DNA of 64,000 nt from an uncultured Candidatus Saccharibacteria bacterium. Its GTDB lineage: Bacteria > Patescibacteriota > Minisyncoccia > Phycocordibacterales > UBA2100. This document shows, piece after piece, positions 37,844-47,770 of this stretch; position 1 is the first letter of the stretch; the number at the start of each line of letters is the position of its first letter. The notes under the pieces are model-generated. The model did no database searches. It had not been told where the DNA came from and saw nothing but the letters and a program-made list of their open reading frames with translations. The stretch is taken from positions 569-64,568 of the forward strand of contig CAYIDD010000001.1 in NCBI GenBank assembly GCA_964362175.1, given 5' to 3'. Made by a program: the position numbers and the translations under genes.

Positions 37844-39748
37844 ATGGAACCACATCCGGACACCAACACCGGCTCCAACCCTCACCCACGACCCAACATC
37901 GGCTCATCCCGACCCGCCGGTCCTCACCGAGGTCCGCGGCCCGGCGGGCCGCGGACCGGAGGCCGTTCTTCGGCGTGGAGAGGCCGCTCAAGTCATCCGC
38001 CGCGTCGCGGCAAATCGCGTGTTGAGCACCAGCAACCGTCGCAGCGCAAGCAAAGTGCGGGCGTCATTCCCCCACCGCCTCCGGACACCGTCCGTATCAT
38101 TCCGCTGGGCGGCGTCGAGGAGATCGGACGCAACATGACCGCCGTTGAGTGTGACGGGGACATCTTCGTTCTCGATTGCGGTTTCGCGTTCAGCGAAGAA
38201 GACACACCGGGCGTCGACTACATTCTGCCCAATACGGGTTATCTCGAAGAACGTCGCGACAAAATTCGCGGACTCCTTATCTCACACGGACATCTCGACC
38301 ACATCGGCGGCATTCCGTACATCCTTGATCGCATCGGGAACCCCACGATCTACACGCGCAAACTCACCGGCATGATGATCAAAAAGCGGCAGGAGGAATT
38401 CGCGCAAACAGCGCCCGTCCAGATCCGCGAAGTGGAAAAAGATGAGGTCATCAAGCTCGGCAAAGCAACGATACGATTCTTCGGAGTCACCCACACGGTA
38501 CCGGATTCCATGGGTATCATCATCGAAACCCCCCACGGCGATGTGGTCTTCACGGGCGATATCAAGCTCAACCACGAGAACGGCGAGCCCTCCGACGAGG
38601 AGAAGCGCGAATTCGGTGTTTTCAAGCATCGGAAAGTTCTCGCGCTCTTAATGGACTCAACCAACGTCTGGCAACCAGGCTTCTCCATCCCCGAATCCAA
38701 CGTCTACAAGACGCTCGAGGCCATCATCAAAGGTTCAAAGGGCCGCCTCATTATCGCGATGTTCGCATCGCACCTTGAACGCCTCATCCGCGTCGTTCAC
38801 TTCGCTGAAGAACACGGCAAGAAGATCGTTATCGACGGACGCTCGATGCGTACGAATATCGAGATCGCGCGCGAGATCGCACTCATCAAATACAAAGATG
38901 ATACGGTCGTTGCGGTCGAGAATATGAACCAATACCCACCCGAGAAAATTATTATTCTCGCAACGGGCGCACAAGGCGATGAATTCGCCTCACTCGCACG
39001 CATCGGCAACAAAACACACAAGTACATTCGTTTGCAGCCTACCGACACGGTCGTTCTCTCTTCTTCCGTCATTCCGGGCAATGAGCGCGCCGTGCAAAAA
39101 CTTAAAGACAACCTCTCGCGCCAGGGCGCGCACATCATCACCTACCACGCTTCCGACGTGCACGCCTCCGGCCACGGCAACCGTGAGGAGGCCGCGTGGA
39201 TACACACACAGATCAGGCCCAAATTCTTCATCCCCGTCCACGGCTATCACTACATGCTGCGCGTGCATGCCGATCTCGCCGTCGAGATGGGAGTAAAAGC
39301 TGAAAATATTTGCATCCCCGACAATAGTTCTATCATCGATATCAAGAACGGCGAAAAAATATCGAAGCACGCACTAAAAGCTCCTGCTGAATTGCGCGTC
39401 GTCGAGGGCACCACCGTCTCCGAACTTTCCGATGTCCTGATGCGCGACAGAAAAGCGCTCGGACAGGAGGGTTTTTGCGTTGTCGTTGCCACCGTCGATC
39501 GCCGCAGCGGCAAACTTCACAAATCCCCCGACATCATCTCGCGTGGATTCGTGTATCTGCGTGATAACAAGGAACTGATGGATCAGACGCGTCTCATCAT
39601 TAGGAAGTCTGTGGAAACGTCGCTGCGCAACCCGCGCGCCGCCGATCTCGACGCCGCCCGCGAGGACCTCGCCGAATCTGTCGCGCGTTTCTTACTGCAA
39701 CGGACCATGAAGCGTCCGATCGTTATTCCCGTGATAGTGAGTATCTAA
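37844..39748 (+). CDS. rnj: Ribonuclease J
   Basis: PLGGVEEIGRN, HGHLDHIG, HASGH, PVHG; Arg/Pro-rich N-terminal extension. Confidence 0.96.
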   Translation: MEPHPDTNTGSNPHPRPNIGSSRPAGPHRGPRPGGPRTGGRSSAWRGRSSHPPRRGKSRVEHQQPSQRKQSAGVIPPPPPDTVRIIPLGGVEEIGRNMTAVECDGDIFVLDCGFAFSEEDTPGVDYILPNTGYLEERRDKIRGLLISHGHLDHIGGIPYILDRIGNPTIYTRKLTGMMIKKRQEEFAQTAPVQIREVEKDEVIKLGKATIRFFGVTHTVPDSMGIIIETPHGDVVFTGDIKLNHENGEPSDEEKREFGVFKHRKVLALLMDSTNVWQPGFSIPESNVYKTLEAIIKGSKGRLIIAMFASHLERLIRVVHFAEEHGKKIVIDGRSMRTNIEIAREIALIKYKDDTVVAVENMNQYPPEKIIILATGAQGDEFASLARIGNKTHKYIRLQPTDTVVLSSSVIPGNERAVQKLKDNLSRQGAHIITYHASDVHASGHGNREEAAWIHTQIRPKFFIPVHGYHYMLRVHADLAVEMGVKAENICIPDNSSIIDIKNGEKISKHALKAPAELRVVEGTTVSELSDVLMRDRKALGQEGFCVVVATVDRRSGKLHKSPDIISRGFVYLRDNKELMDQTRLIIRKSVETSLRNPRAADLDAAREDLAESVARFLLQRTMKRPIVIPVIVSI

Positions 39749-39781
39749 TAAGCGCACGGAAAATCGTGCGACAATGCTGCC

Positions 39782-40042
39782 ATGTACGTTATCGCGATCA
39801 TGGGGGACCTCCTGAGCCTGATTCCTTTTGTAAACATTGTCAGCAGCCCGCTCACCGCGATCGCGCTTGGCATCGCGGGATCACACACGGGCGTGAGCCT
39901 GTATTCAAGCAATCGGATTGGTATGACGCTTCTCACGATCCTTGGAGAGGCAGTTCCTATTGTCAGTATGATCCCTCTGTGGACCGTACGTGTGTATCTC
40001 GCCAAAAAACAGGAAGAGAGAGAGGACGCGAGCGAGGTGTGA
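39782..40042 (+). CDS. Small membrane protein
   Basis: Hydrophobic 86-aa ORF with EAVP..PLWT motif filling the gap. Confidence 0.7.
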   Translation: MYVIAIMGDLLSLIPFVNIVSSPLTAIALGIAGSHTGVSLYSSNRIGMTLLTILGEAVPIVSMIPLWTVRVYLAKKQEEREDASEV

Positions 40043-40055
40043 TCAGCGCAAGCTC

Positions 40056-40856
40056 TTATACAATCCGCCACTTCCCTTTTTCTTTCACAATAATCCCATC
40101 GCGCGCGAGTCCCGCTAAGGCGTTTTTCAACTTTCCTCGCGATGCAATGAGGTCAGACCTCATTGCATTTTCGGTGCGGGAACCTTTTTGTAGCTCGCGC
40201 AAAATCGTGCCGCGGATTTGGCGCAGGCTATTTTCGAATTTCGATTGCTTCACGTAGTGCGCGCTGCGATGGTTGTTGCGAACACCCAAGCGCTTAAGAT
40301 ACGCCCCATAATCCATCAGCGCCCAATGCCACTCCTTCGAATCCTGCCCCTCCGCCGCTTTCTTGATCAAAGGCAGTAACTCCTTGTCTGCAACAGTTTT
40401 CTTGCTCGGAAAGAAATGATTGATAAAAGCAGTACGGATATTGGTTTCGATAAGAACGTCGGGTTTGTTGAACGCAAAGACCCGCACCGCCGCGCGGGTG
40501 TATGGCCCAACGCCAGACAAGGAACCTTCCAGCGTTTTTTTGATAGTACCGACCTTAACGATTTTCTTTGCTGCATCGTGGAGATACTTTGCGCGCCTGT
40601 TGTACCCGAGCCCACTCCACACGCGTAACACGTCCGCAAGCGGCGCTTTTGCCAGCGTACGAACAATCGGAAATGCCTTCAAAAATTCCTTATATTTCTC
40701 CATCACGCGAGAAACTTGCGTCTGCTGCAACATTACCTCTGACACGAGAACACGATATGGGTCTTTTGTCTTTCTCCACGGAAGTTCGTGCCTCCCGTTT
40801 TTTTCATAATTGTTCCAAACGCTCTTTCTGAAAGCCGCAACTGCATCAGAGCTCAT
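40056..40856 (-). CDS. mutY: A/G-specific adenine glycosylase, short form
   Basis: LPWR, VSEVMLQQT, WSGLGYNRRA, HhH GVGPYT; no Fe-S Cys motif. Confidence 0.9.
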   Translation of the reverse strand: MSSDAVAAFRKSVWNNYEKNGRHELPWRKTKDPYRVLVSEVMLQQTQVSRVMEKYKEFLKAFPIVRTLAKAPLADVLRVWSGLGYNRRAKYLHDAAKKIVKVGTIKKTLEGSLSGVGPYTRAAVRVFAFNKPDVLIETNIRTAFINHFFPSKKTVADKELLPLIKKAAEGQDSKEWHWALMDYGAYLKRLGVRNNHRSAHYVKQSKFENSLRQIRGTILRELQKGSRTENAMRSDLIASRGKLKNALAGLARDGIIVKEKGKWRIV

Positions 40857-41538
40857 ACACAACATCTTTTCGTTCAACAACAACATCCCACTTCATCCGT
40901 CTTGCGTATCGATAGAGTTTTGCATTCGGGTTGAAGCAGACAGGTTTTGCGACCAATTCAAGGAACGATATATCCGATTCGGTATCCCCCACCCCGATAG
41001 AATGCGCGAGTGTGAGATTTTCTTTCTCGACAGCGCGGCGCACGATGGCCGCTTTATTCAGGATAAGATGCTGCTCTATGATATTGCCGGTGAAACATTC
41101 CTGCGGACCGATCTCATACAAGATGCCATACGTTTTGTCGAATCCGAGCCGCGGACAGAATTTGTCCAAGACCGTTTTCGGCGAATGCGACACGGCAAGC
41201 AAAAAATATCCCCGCCTCTTGAGATCCTTCAGCAGATCGCGCGTGTAACGATACACGCGTTTCCATTGCTCATCCACGACCTCCTCGGCAGTATCGGCAA
41301 GCTCACTGTAATGCACGCCTTTCAGGTGCTTCACAAAGGCCTTCACCACCGCGTCAATATATTCATCATAATCCCCCTCGCGATTCAACCACCGTTCGTA
41401 TTCCCTCCCGTACACACGGCGCGCGGACGCGGGAAATACCTTCTTTTCGATCAGCCGATTCACCACCTGAATGAGAAGGCTTGAGCGGAAAATGGTCCCG
41501 TCCACATCAAAAATAGCGACGCGTCGTTTTTCCTTCAT
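40846..41538 (-). CDS. HAD-IB family phosphatase
   Basis: FDVDGT and GDTESD motifs. Confidence 0.9.
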   Translation of the reverse strand: MKEKRRVAIFDVDGTIFRSSLLIQVVNRLIEKKVFPASARRVYGREYERWLNREGDYDEYIDAVVKAFVKHLKGVHYSELADTAEEVVDEQWKRVYRYTRDLLKDLKRRGYFLLAVSHSPKTVLDKFCPRLGFDKTYGILYEIGPQECFTGNIIEQHLILNKAAIVRRAVEKENLTLAHSIGVGDTESDISFLELVAKPVCFNPNAKLYRYARRMKWDVVVERKDVVYEL

Positions 41539-41627
41539 GTCGTCATACTACCGCCCCCAAAAAAGATTGCGAGCGCAAAAACCAATGTGGTATCCAAAAA
41601 CTGCCAAATCTAGTATTCTTGGGCTTA

Positions 41628-42893
41628 ATGCTGCGACAGATCAAAAACATCCCCTATTTCACGGTGGCGCGATATTTCAGGTTTTTCGCCCGCATACGGC
41701 TCGCGGCGTGGAAGCCGCGTATCGTCGTCATCACGGGATCCAACGGCAAAACCTCGGCTCTGAATCTCATCGAAGTCCAGCTGGGAGACGCGGCACGATA
41801 TTCTCACAATGCCAACAGCAGCTTCGGCATCCCGTTCGACATTCTGGGTCTCACACGCACCTCTTACTCGCTCCTAGAGTGGGTACTGCTCATCATTCGC
41901 GCACCCATCAATGCGTGGAAAAAACCGTATGCGGAAAAGATATACGTGGTCGAAGCAGATTGCGATAGGCCCGGCGAAGGACGATTCCTGAGCTCGCTCC
42001 TCATGCCGGAGGTGGTGGTGTGGTTGAGTAGCGCACGAACGCACAGCCAAAATTTCGAGAAAGTGGTACGCCGGAGAGGATTCCCAACGATCGAGAAAGC
42101 GATCGCTCACGAATTCGGGTACTTCGCCGCACACGCATCAAAACACGTTCTCATAAACGCCGACAACGACCTCATCACCGCAGAGATGAAACGTGTACGC
42201 GCCGAGGTCCACCTCATCACAGAACGAGAACTGGAGCTGTATACCATCACGCCCGACGGGAGCGAATTCAGGATACGGGAAAAACTCTATCACACACCTT
42301 GTCTGCTCCCGAAAGAGACTTTTTATGCCATCGCCGCGTCGGTACGGCTCGCCGAGTACTTTAGAGTGACGCCGACTACCGATCTCTCCGGACTTGTGAT
42401 GCCGCCAAGCCGAAGTTCGATATTTCGCGGCATCAAAGACACCGTCATCATCGATAGCACCTACAACGCAAACGCAGACTCCGTCGCCGCGGTGCTTCAC
42501 ATGATAGAGCGATTGCCTTCGGAAAAAAAGTGGCTCATTCTCGGCGACCTGATCGAACAGGGTGCGCAGGAAAAAGAAGAACATGAGAAAGTAGCTCGAT
42601 TGGTTCTGGAAGCCGATGTTCAAAAAGTGATCCTCGTCGGGCCCCGCCTTGCCGCGTACACCCTGCCGATCCTTAAACCCGCGCTCAATACCGGGATTGC
42701 TTCCTACGCCGGTCCCAAAGAGGCGCTTGATGACATCCAGTCCTCATTACAAGGCGGCGAGATGCTCATCTTCAAAGGCGCGCGGTTTTTGGAGGGAGTC
42801 GTCGAACATCTGCTGCAAAATAAAGATGATGCGGACAAACTATGCCGCCGCGGAAGGGTGTGGCAAAAACGCCGGGCACAGTGGGGACTATGA
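41628..42893 (+). CDS. murF: MurF-like Mur ligase
   Basis: ITGSNGKTS P-loop, IIDSTYNAN, ILGDLIEQG, FKGAR. Confidence 0.8.
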   Translation: MLRQIKNIPYFTVARYFRFFARIRLAAWKPRIVVITGSNGKTSALNLIEVQLGDAARYSHNANSSFGIPFDILGLTRTSYSLLEWVLLIIRAPINAWKKPYAEKIYVVEADCDRPGEGRFLSSLLMPEVVVWLSSARTHSQNFEKVVRRRGFPTIEKAIAHEFGYFAAHASKHVLINADNDLITAEMKRVRAEVHLITERELELYTITPDGSEFRIREKLYHTPCLLPKETFYAIAASVRLAEYFRVTPTTDLSGLVMPPSRSSIFRGIKDTVIIDSTYNANADSVAAVLHMIERLPSEKKWLILGDLIEQGAQEKEEHEKVARLVLEADVQKVILVGPRLAAYTLPILKPALNTGIASYAGPKEALDDIQSSLQGGEMLIFKGARFLEGVVEHLLQNKDDADKLCRRGRVWQKRRAQWGL

Positions 42894-43579
42894 GTAAGAT
42901 ATTTATTCTTCACGGATGGACATATCAGACCGAGACGTGGCGATCTCTGCGTGAGATGCTTAAAGAGCGCGGATTGGAGGCCGAATTCCTCCTTATTCCC
43001 GGACTCACCGACGGCACAAATCCGATCTGGACCCTCGACGACTATGTCGAGTGGCTGAGGAGCAGAACTGCGGAATACGGGAAAGTTATTCTCATCGGAC
43101 ATTCCAATGGCGGTCGCATCTCGCTCGCGTTCGCCGAAAAGTATCCGGAAAAAGTCGAACGGCTCATCCTTGAAGACAGCGCCGGCATCCCCGCGATGGG
43201 ATTACGCGCCCTCAAGCGTGATGTATTCAAGGTAATCGCGAAAATCGGAGGTGCGGTCACCAAGTCTGAAGTACTGAGAAAAGTCCTGCACAAAGTCGCC
43301 CGAGAGAGCGACTACCAAAGGGCAACCCCCGAGATGCGCCGCACGATGGCGAATTTGGGATCCGTCGATCTCGGTCCGATCTTTCAGCGGATCAAGGCCC
43401 CCACGCTCATCATATGGGGGGAAAAGGACACCACGACACCGCTTGCAAGTGGAAAAATAATGCACGAAAAGATACGCGGCTCACGGATGGTCGTGATCGA
43501 AGGCGCGCGCCACTCGCCGCACATAACACACACAAAAGAGGTTGCCGACCTCATCACGGAAGAACTTACGCGTCCATGA
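42890..43579 (+). CDS. Alpha/beta hydrolase
   Basis: LHGW, GHSNGG, WGEKD, H.PH; ATGA overlaps on both sides. Confidence 0.9.
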   Translation: MSKIFILHGWTYQTETWRSLREMLKERGLEAEFLLIPGLTDGTNPIWTLDDYVEWLRSRTAEYGKVILIGHSNGGRISLAFAEKYPEKVERLILEDSAGIPAMGLRALKRDVFKVIAKIGGAVTKSEVLRKVLHKVARESDYQRATPEMRRTMANLGSVDLGPIFQRIKAPTLIIWGEKDTTTPLASGKIMHEKIRGSRMVVIEGARHSPHITHTKEVADLITEELTRP

Positions 43580-45798
43580 ATATTTTCAACTCCCTCGGCT
43601 CAAATTACACGCTCTCTTCCGCAATACGGATACTGTTCTCAACGGGTGATACTAGCGCGCAGCAAAAATTGATCGAGTATCTCGAAGCGCGTTACGGCCT
43701 GCCCGGCCAAGGGGGACGAGCGATTCTTACATATAAAGGCCGCGAAGCACTTTTTCTCGCGATTGCGGCACTTCCTCAGGGCGCTATCGCCATCAACGGC
43801 TTTACCTGCCTCGCCGTATACGAGGCGATAACCGAAAATGGACGCGCGGTGCACTACATTGACGTCCCGGAAAACAATCTGAATTTCACGCCCGCATCTT
43901 TCCAGGCCGCGCTCGTGTCGAACCCCGCGATCAAAGCCGTTATCGTTCAGAACACACTCGGTATTCCCTGTGACATACAAACGATCAGATCACTCTGTGA
44001 ACGGCACGGAGTCGCCCTCATCGAAGATCTCGCACACTCTATCGGTACCCGATACTCCACCGGCGAAGAGGCGGGTACTGTTGGAGACTTCGTTGTCCTT
44101 TCGTTCAGTCAGGATAAAGTCGTTGATGCGGTTTCGGGAGGGGCACTCATTATCCGTAACAAAAAGTACGTGGACGCTGTCATTTCTGCGGAGCATGTAC
44201 CAAGCTTGGGTCAGCAACTAAAAGACCGTTTCTATCCGGTACTGACGTGGAAGATCAGGGTCGCGTATGCGCTCGGTATCGGAAAGGCGCTGCATGCGCT
44301 CTTCCGCTCCCTCCATCTCCTTTCCACACCGTTCGGGAAGATGGCAGCGAACGATGCGCATGCATTACCGGGGTGGTATTGCGACATCATTCTGCAGCAA
44401 TACACAGTTCTCGAAAAAACAGCGGCACACCGACGGGAGATCGCGCACATATACGCACAGTACGTGGACAAACGACTGCAGATCCCTGCTGATCTCCAAC
44501 GCTCGACCAATGTGCGATTCCCCCTCCTCGCAAACAATCGCGCAAGCCTGATCAGATTTCTGAAAAAAGACGGTGTTCACGTGAGCGACATTTGGTACGA
44601 CGCCCCCATAGCGCCTAAAAAATATCTGCGCCGTACGGATTACAAGGGGCAGTGTCCCCACGCGGAGCACATTTCAGAAATGATGGTGAACCTGCCGACT
44701 CACATTAATGTCTCTCCGATACACGCACGGACCATTGCCGAATCGGTCAACAAGTGGCTCGTTGAAGGAACGAGCGAATATAGCGTTACGGCCGTCGCTG
44801 ATGAAAATGTGTGGGAAAAATACCTCCGCGCGCAAAAGCCGCACAGTTTTCTGCATGCGTGGAAATGGGGACAACACTACGAGCTTTCCGGATCCAAAAT
44901 ATTCCGCCTTGGCGTTTACCGAGGCGAGACCCTGGTGGCTATTGCTCTCCTCATAAAGATAGAGGCACGCCGCGGCTCCTTCCTTCTGTGCCCGCATGGT
45001 CCGATCGTCGCCGACATCGCACACGAAGAGCCCGTACTACGGGTACTCACCGAGCACTGCGGGCAAATTGCGAAAGATGAGATGTGTGCCTTCATTCGCT
45101 TCTGCCCGCTCGCAAAACCGACCCCAGAAAACGTTATGATATATCATAATTTAGGGTTTCGAAGTGCGCCCATCCATATGCATCCTGAGTTGGCGTGGAT
45201 GTTGGATATCACAAAGCCCGAAGACGAGTTGCTAAAAGCGATGCGAAAAACGACGCGCTACCTCGTGAAAAGAATGGAGAAAGAAGGGGTGGAGGTCGTG
45301 CAGAGCGTTAACCCCGCAGACATTGAAAAGTTTTGGCCAGTCTACGAGGCAACGGTGGAGCGCCAACAATTCATGCCGTTCAGCAAATCCTACCTACAAA
45401 AAGAATTCGAGCTATTCGCCAAAGATAACCAAGCTGCATTCTTTTTCGGAACATATCGAGGCGAGATAATTGCCGCTGCCATTATCATTTTCTACAACGG
45501 GCAGGCGTTTTACCACCACAGTGGTTCTATACAGAAATTCGATGACATTAACGCTTCGTACCTTTTGCAGTGGCGCGTCATACAAGAAGCGAAACGTCGT
45601 GGCTGTACGCTCTACAACTTCTGGGGCATCTCCCCCACCGACCGTCCGCGCCACCCATGGGCCGGCCTTTCACTATTCAAAAAAGGCTTCGGCGGCTTCG
45701 CGGAAAAATACCTCCATGCGCAAGATAAACCCCTTACTGCAAAATATGCGCTCAACTACGTTGTCGAGACCGCCCGACGCTTCCGTCGCGGCTTATAA
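43576..45798 (+). CDS. DegT/DnrJ-type PLP aminotransferase fused to a FemX/FemAB aminoacyltransferase
   Basis: IEDLAHS, SFSQDK..GG, NLPTH; then HSFLH..WG, PHGP, RKTTRY, YNFWG, GL..FKKGFGG in one open frame. Confidence 0.88.
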   Translation: MNIFNSLGSNYTLSSAIRILFSTGDTSAQQKLIEYLEARYGLPGQGGRAILTYKGREALFLAIAALPQGAIAINGFTCLAVYEAITENGRAVHYIDVPENNLNFTPASFQAALVSNPAIKAVIVQNTLGIPCDIQTIRSLCERHGVALIEDLAHSIGTRYSTGEEAGTVGDFVVLSFSQDKVVDAVSGGALIIRNKKYVDAVISAEHVPSLGQQLKDRFYPVLTWKIRVAYALGIGKALHALFRSLHLLSTPFGKMAANDAHALPGWYCDIILQQYTVLEKTAAHRREIAHIYAQYVDKRLQIPADLQRSTNVRFPLLANNRASLIRFLKKDGVHVSDIWYDAPIAPKKYLRRTDYKGQCPHAEHISEMMVNLPTHINVSPIHARTIAESVNKWLVEGTSEYSVTAVADENVWEKYLRAQKPHSFLHAWKWGQHYELSGSKIFRLGVYRGETLVAIALLIKIEARRGSFLLCPHGPIVADIAHEEPVLRVLTEHCGQIAKDEMCAFIRFCPLAKPTPENVMIYHNLGFRSAPIHMHPELAWMLDITKPEDELLKAMRKTTRYLVKRMEKEGVEVVQSVNPADIEKFWPVYEATVERQQFMPFSKSYLQKEFELFAKDNQAAFFFGTYRGEIIAAAIIIFYNGQAFYHHSGSIQKFDDINASYLLQWRVIQEAKRRGCTLYNFWGISPTDRPRHPWAGLSLFKKGFGGFAEKYLHAQDKPLTAKYALNYVVETARRFRRGL

Positions 45799-45802
45799 AA
45801 AC

Positions 45803-45827
45803 GAATCCCGGCCTGTCGCCGGGATTC
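45803..45827. terminator. Hairpin between convergent genes
   Basis: GAATCCCGGC/GCCGGGATTC. Confidence 0.65.
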
Positions 45828-45849
45828 ACATGAATGACCGCGTTGCAGT

Positions 45850-46206
45850 TCAACGCAATAACGTGGGTAACCGGTGAGCAAGCTCGCGAACGTCGTCCAT
45901 CGCATCAACGCTCGATGGAATCCAACGCTCCGTGTCGTCGTCGGAGCCGATTGAGAAGTCGATTATGACATTTCCCAAAGCTTCCCGCCAGATTTTCAAT
46001 ACCGCGATTGTCGGCGGCTTGGTTCCGTCTTTGTCGTCGGACAGGCCGACCACAATCGTTTCCTGCTCAACTTCCGCTCCGAGACTGCGGTGTTGAAAAG
46101 GCCCTCTGTAGACGGTCAGGGCTGGATTGCAGGAAGCCAGGTCACGCACAATTTTCTCGGCCGTATCGAGAAAGTCAGCGCCATTCGGTTTTTGCCTCAC
46201 GGGCAT
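45850..46206 (-). CDS. Hypothetical protein
   Basis: 118 aa, AGGGAGA before the ATG, TATAGT upstream, hairpin downstream. Confidence 0.6.
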   Translation of the reverse strand: MPVRQKPNGADFLDTAEKIVRDLASCNPALTVYRGPFQHRSLGAEVEQETIVVGLSDDKDGTKPPTIAVLKIWREALGNVIIDFSIGSDDDTERWIPSSVDAMDDVRELAHRLPTLLR

Positions 46207-46269
46207 TCTCCCTTGTAGAGAACACCGCGGTATAGCCGCCGCGGGATCGGTCGGCGACACTATACTCCG

Positions 46270-46938
46270 CTATCGCGCCTTAGGCCAGCGCTTCGCGGCT
46301 TCGGGCCAGAGTCTCGTAAGCGGGTGGTCGAGGCACTCGTGCGGGCGCGCGGGGCAGATATAACGGCCATAGAGGATGAGGCCGTTGTTCACGTATTTCC
46401 AGTCTTTTTTCGGAATGAGTCGCTCAAGATCTTTTGAGATCTTCGTCAACTCGGTATTGTCGGTAAGATCAAAGCGTTTTGCAAATCGCTTCACATGCGT
46501 ATCAGTGGCTATCCCCTCCCACGTGTCATACAGCTCGCCCAAGATTACATGCGCCGTTTTATATCCTACGCCCGGGAGTGTTTGGAGTTCTTTTGCCGTG
46601 TGCGGCACGCGTCCCCTGAAATCACGAGACACAATCTCTGCGGCGGCCATGATGTGCCTCGCTTTGTTCCTGAAGAACGGAACTGACGATATTTCGCGTT
46701 CAAATACCCACGACTTTGCGTCCGCAAAACAGGAAGGCTTCTTGTATGTCTTAAAAAGTTTCGCCGTCACGCGATTCACCACTCTATCGGTGCATTGTGC
46801 TGACAACACCACCGCGACCAGAAATTGGAACGGTGTTTTGTATTGCAACTCGCTTTTGGGCTTTGGGTATGCTTTTTTGAGGTAGGCGACGATTTTCCGG
46901 GCTCGTTCCTTGCGCTTTTTGTGCTTTCCCGCATCCAT
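46270..46938 (-). CDS. nth: Endonuclease III
   Basis: LSAQCTD..VN, LPGVGYKTA, ATDTHV.R. Confidence 0.92.
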   Translation of the reverse strand: MDAGKHKKRKERARKIVAYLKKAYPKPKSELQYKTPFQFLVAVVLSAQCTDRVVNRVTAKLFKTYKKPSCFADAKSWVFEREISSVPFFRNKARHIMAAAEIVSRDFRGRVPHTAKELQTLPGVGYKTAHVILGELYDTWEGIATDTHVKRFAKRFDLTDNTELTKISKDLERLIPKKDWKYVNNGLILYGRYICPARPHECLDHPLTRLWPEAAKRWPKAR

Positions 46939-47027
46939 GGCGGTATCCTAGCATCGGCCCTTGCCTCGTGCGAGGTAGCCGATATACTGAAAGTCGAGAT
47001 ACGTGCGAGAAAACATGGAGATCCGTT

Positions 47028-47198
47028 ATGGTCAAGAAGACCAGAAGAATCGGCAAGCGGAGCTCCAAGAAAGAGCGCCACTTCCGTGTCATTGTTCCCG
47101 GAATGAAGAGCTCGGTGCTCGTTCAGCCGGTTTTCGATCCCGATAATCCTCCTCCTGATCGATCAGGGCTGCCTTGGCGCGACGCCAAGGCGAAGTAA
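47028..47198 (+). CDS. Small basic protein (56 aa)
   Basis: TTGCCT..TATACT promoter, GGAG SD, terminator hairpin at 47199-47240. Confidence 0.55.
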   Translation: MVKKTRRIGKRSSKKERHFRVIVPGMKSSVLVQPVFDPDNPPPDRSGLPWRDAKAK

Positions 47199-47242
47199 GA
47201 TCGCGATTTGCCCCGCTTGGGCGAATCGCGATTGTCTTTTAT

Positions 47243-47731
47243 TTACCGAATCACGATGGACACCTCAAGCGCATCATCATTTTCCGGAAGTCCGGACGGA
47301 TTGTCGCGTAGCAACACGAGTGTCGCAGGACCGGAATAATTGCTCACCGTGATGTTCGTGGTGAACGTGACGAGGTCGGTCGTCATCCAATCACCCTGTG
47401 CCTGCGCTATGCCCTGCCCGATCTTACTATTTTCAGCATCGCGTACCTGGACGGGAAACGATCCTTCGAAAAACCAATTGCCCGGTGCGCTCCCCGCAAC
47501 GACGAACGTTTTTCCAACAGACGCACCTGATTTCGGGAACGTCACCGTGACGCGCGTGTGGAGGGGTTGGTCGGCAGCCGGTTTCGGAGATGTTGGCGCT
47601 GCCTTACCGGTTTCCGAAGACGATGTCGTCGGGGCCTCAACGGGCGCAGGAGTGGCAAAAAGGACCCACGTAAGCACGAAAATGAGCAGCGTTGCGCCCG
47701 CCAAAACGCTCCATCCTGCACGTGTGTTCAT
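47243..47731 (-). CDS. Gmad2 Ig-like domain protein
   Basis: TM helix; G.A.GNWFFEGSFPV, WMT, DNPSGLP. Confidence 0.88.
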   Translation of the reverse strand: MNTRAGWSVLAGATLLIFVLTWVLFATPAPVEAPTTSSSETGKAAPTSPKPAADQPLHTRVTVTFPKSGASVGKTFVVAGSAPGNWFFEGSFPVQVRDAENSKIGQGIAQAQGDWMTTDLVTFTTNITVSNYSGPATLVLLRDNPSGLPENDDALEVSIVIR

Positions 47732-47770
47732 GCGACCAGTATAAGACCGTTCTTTTCTCTCCGCCACCCC

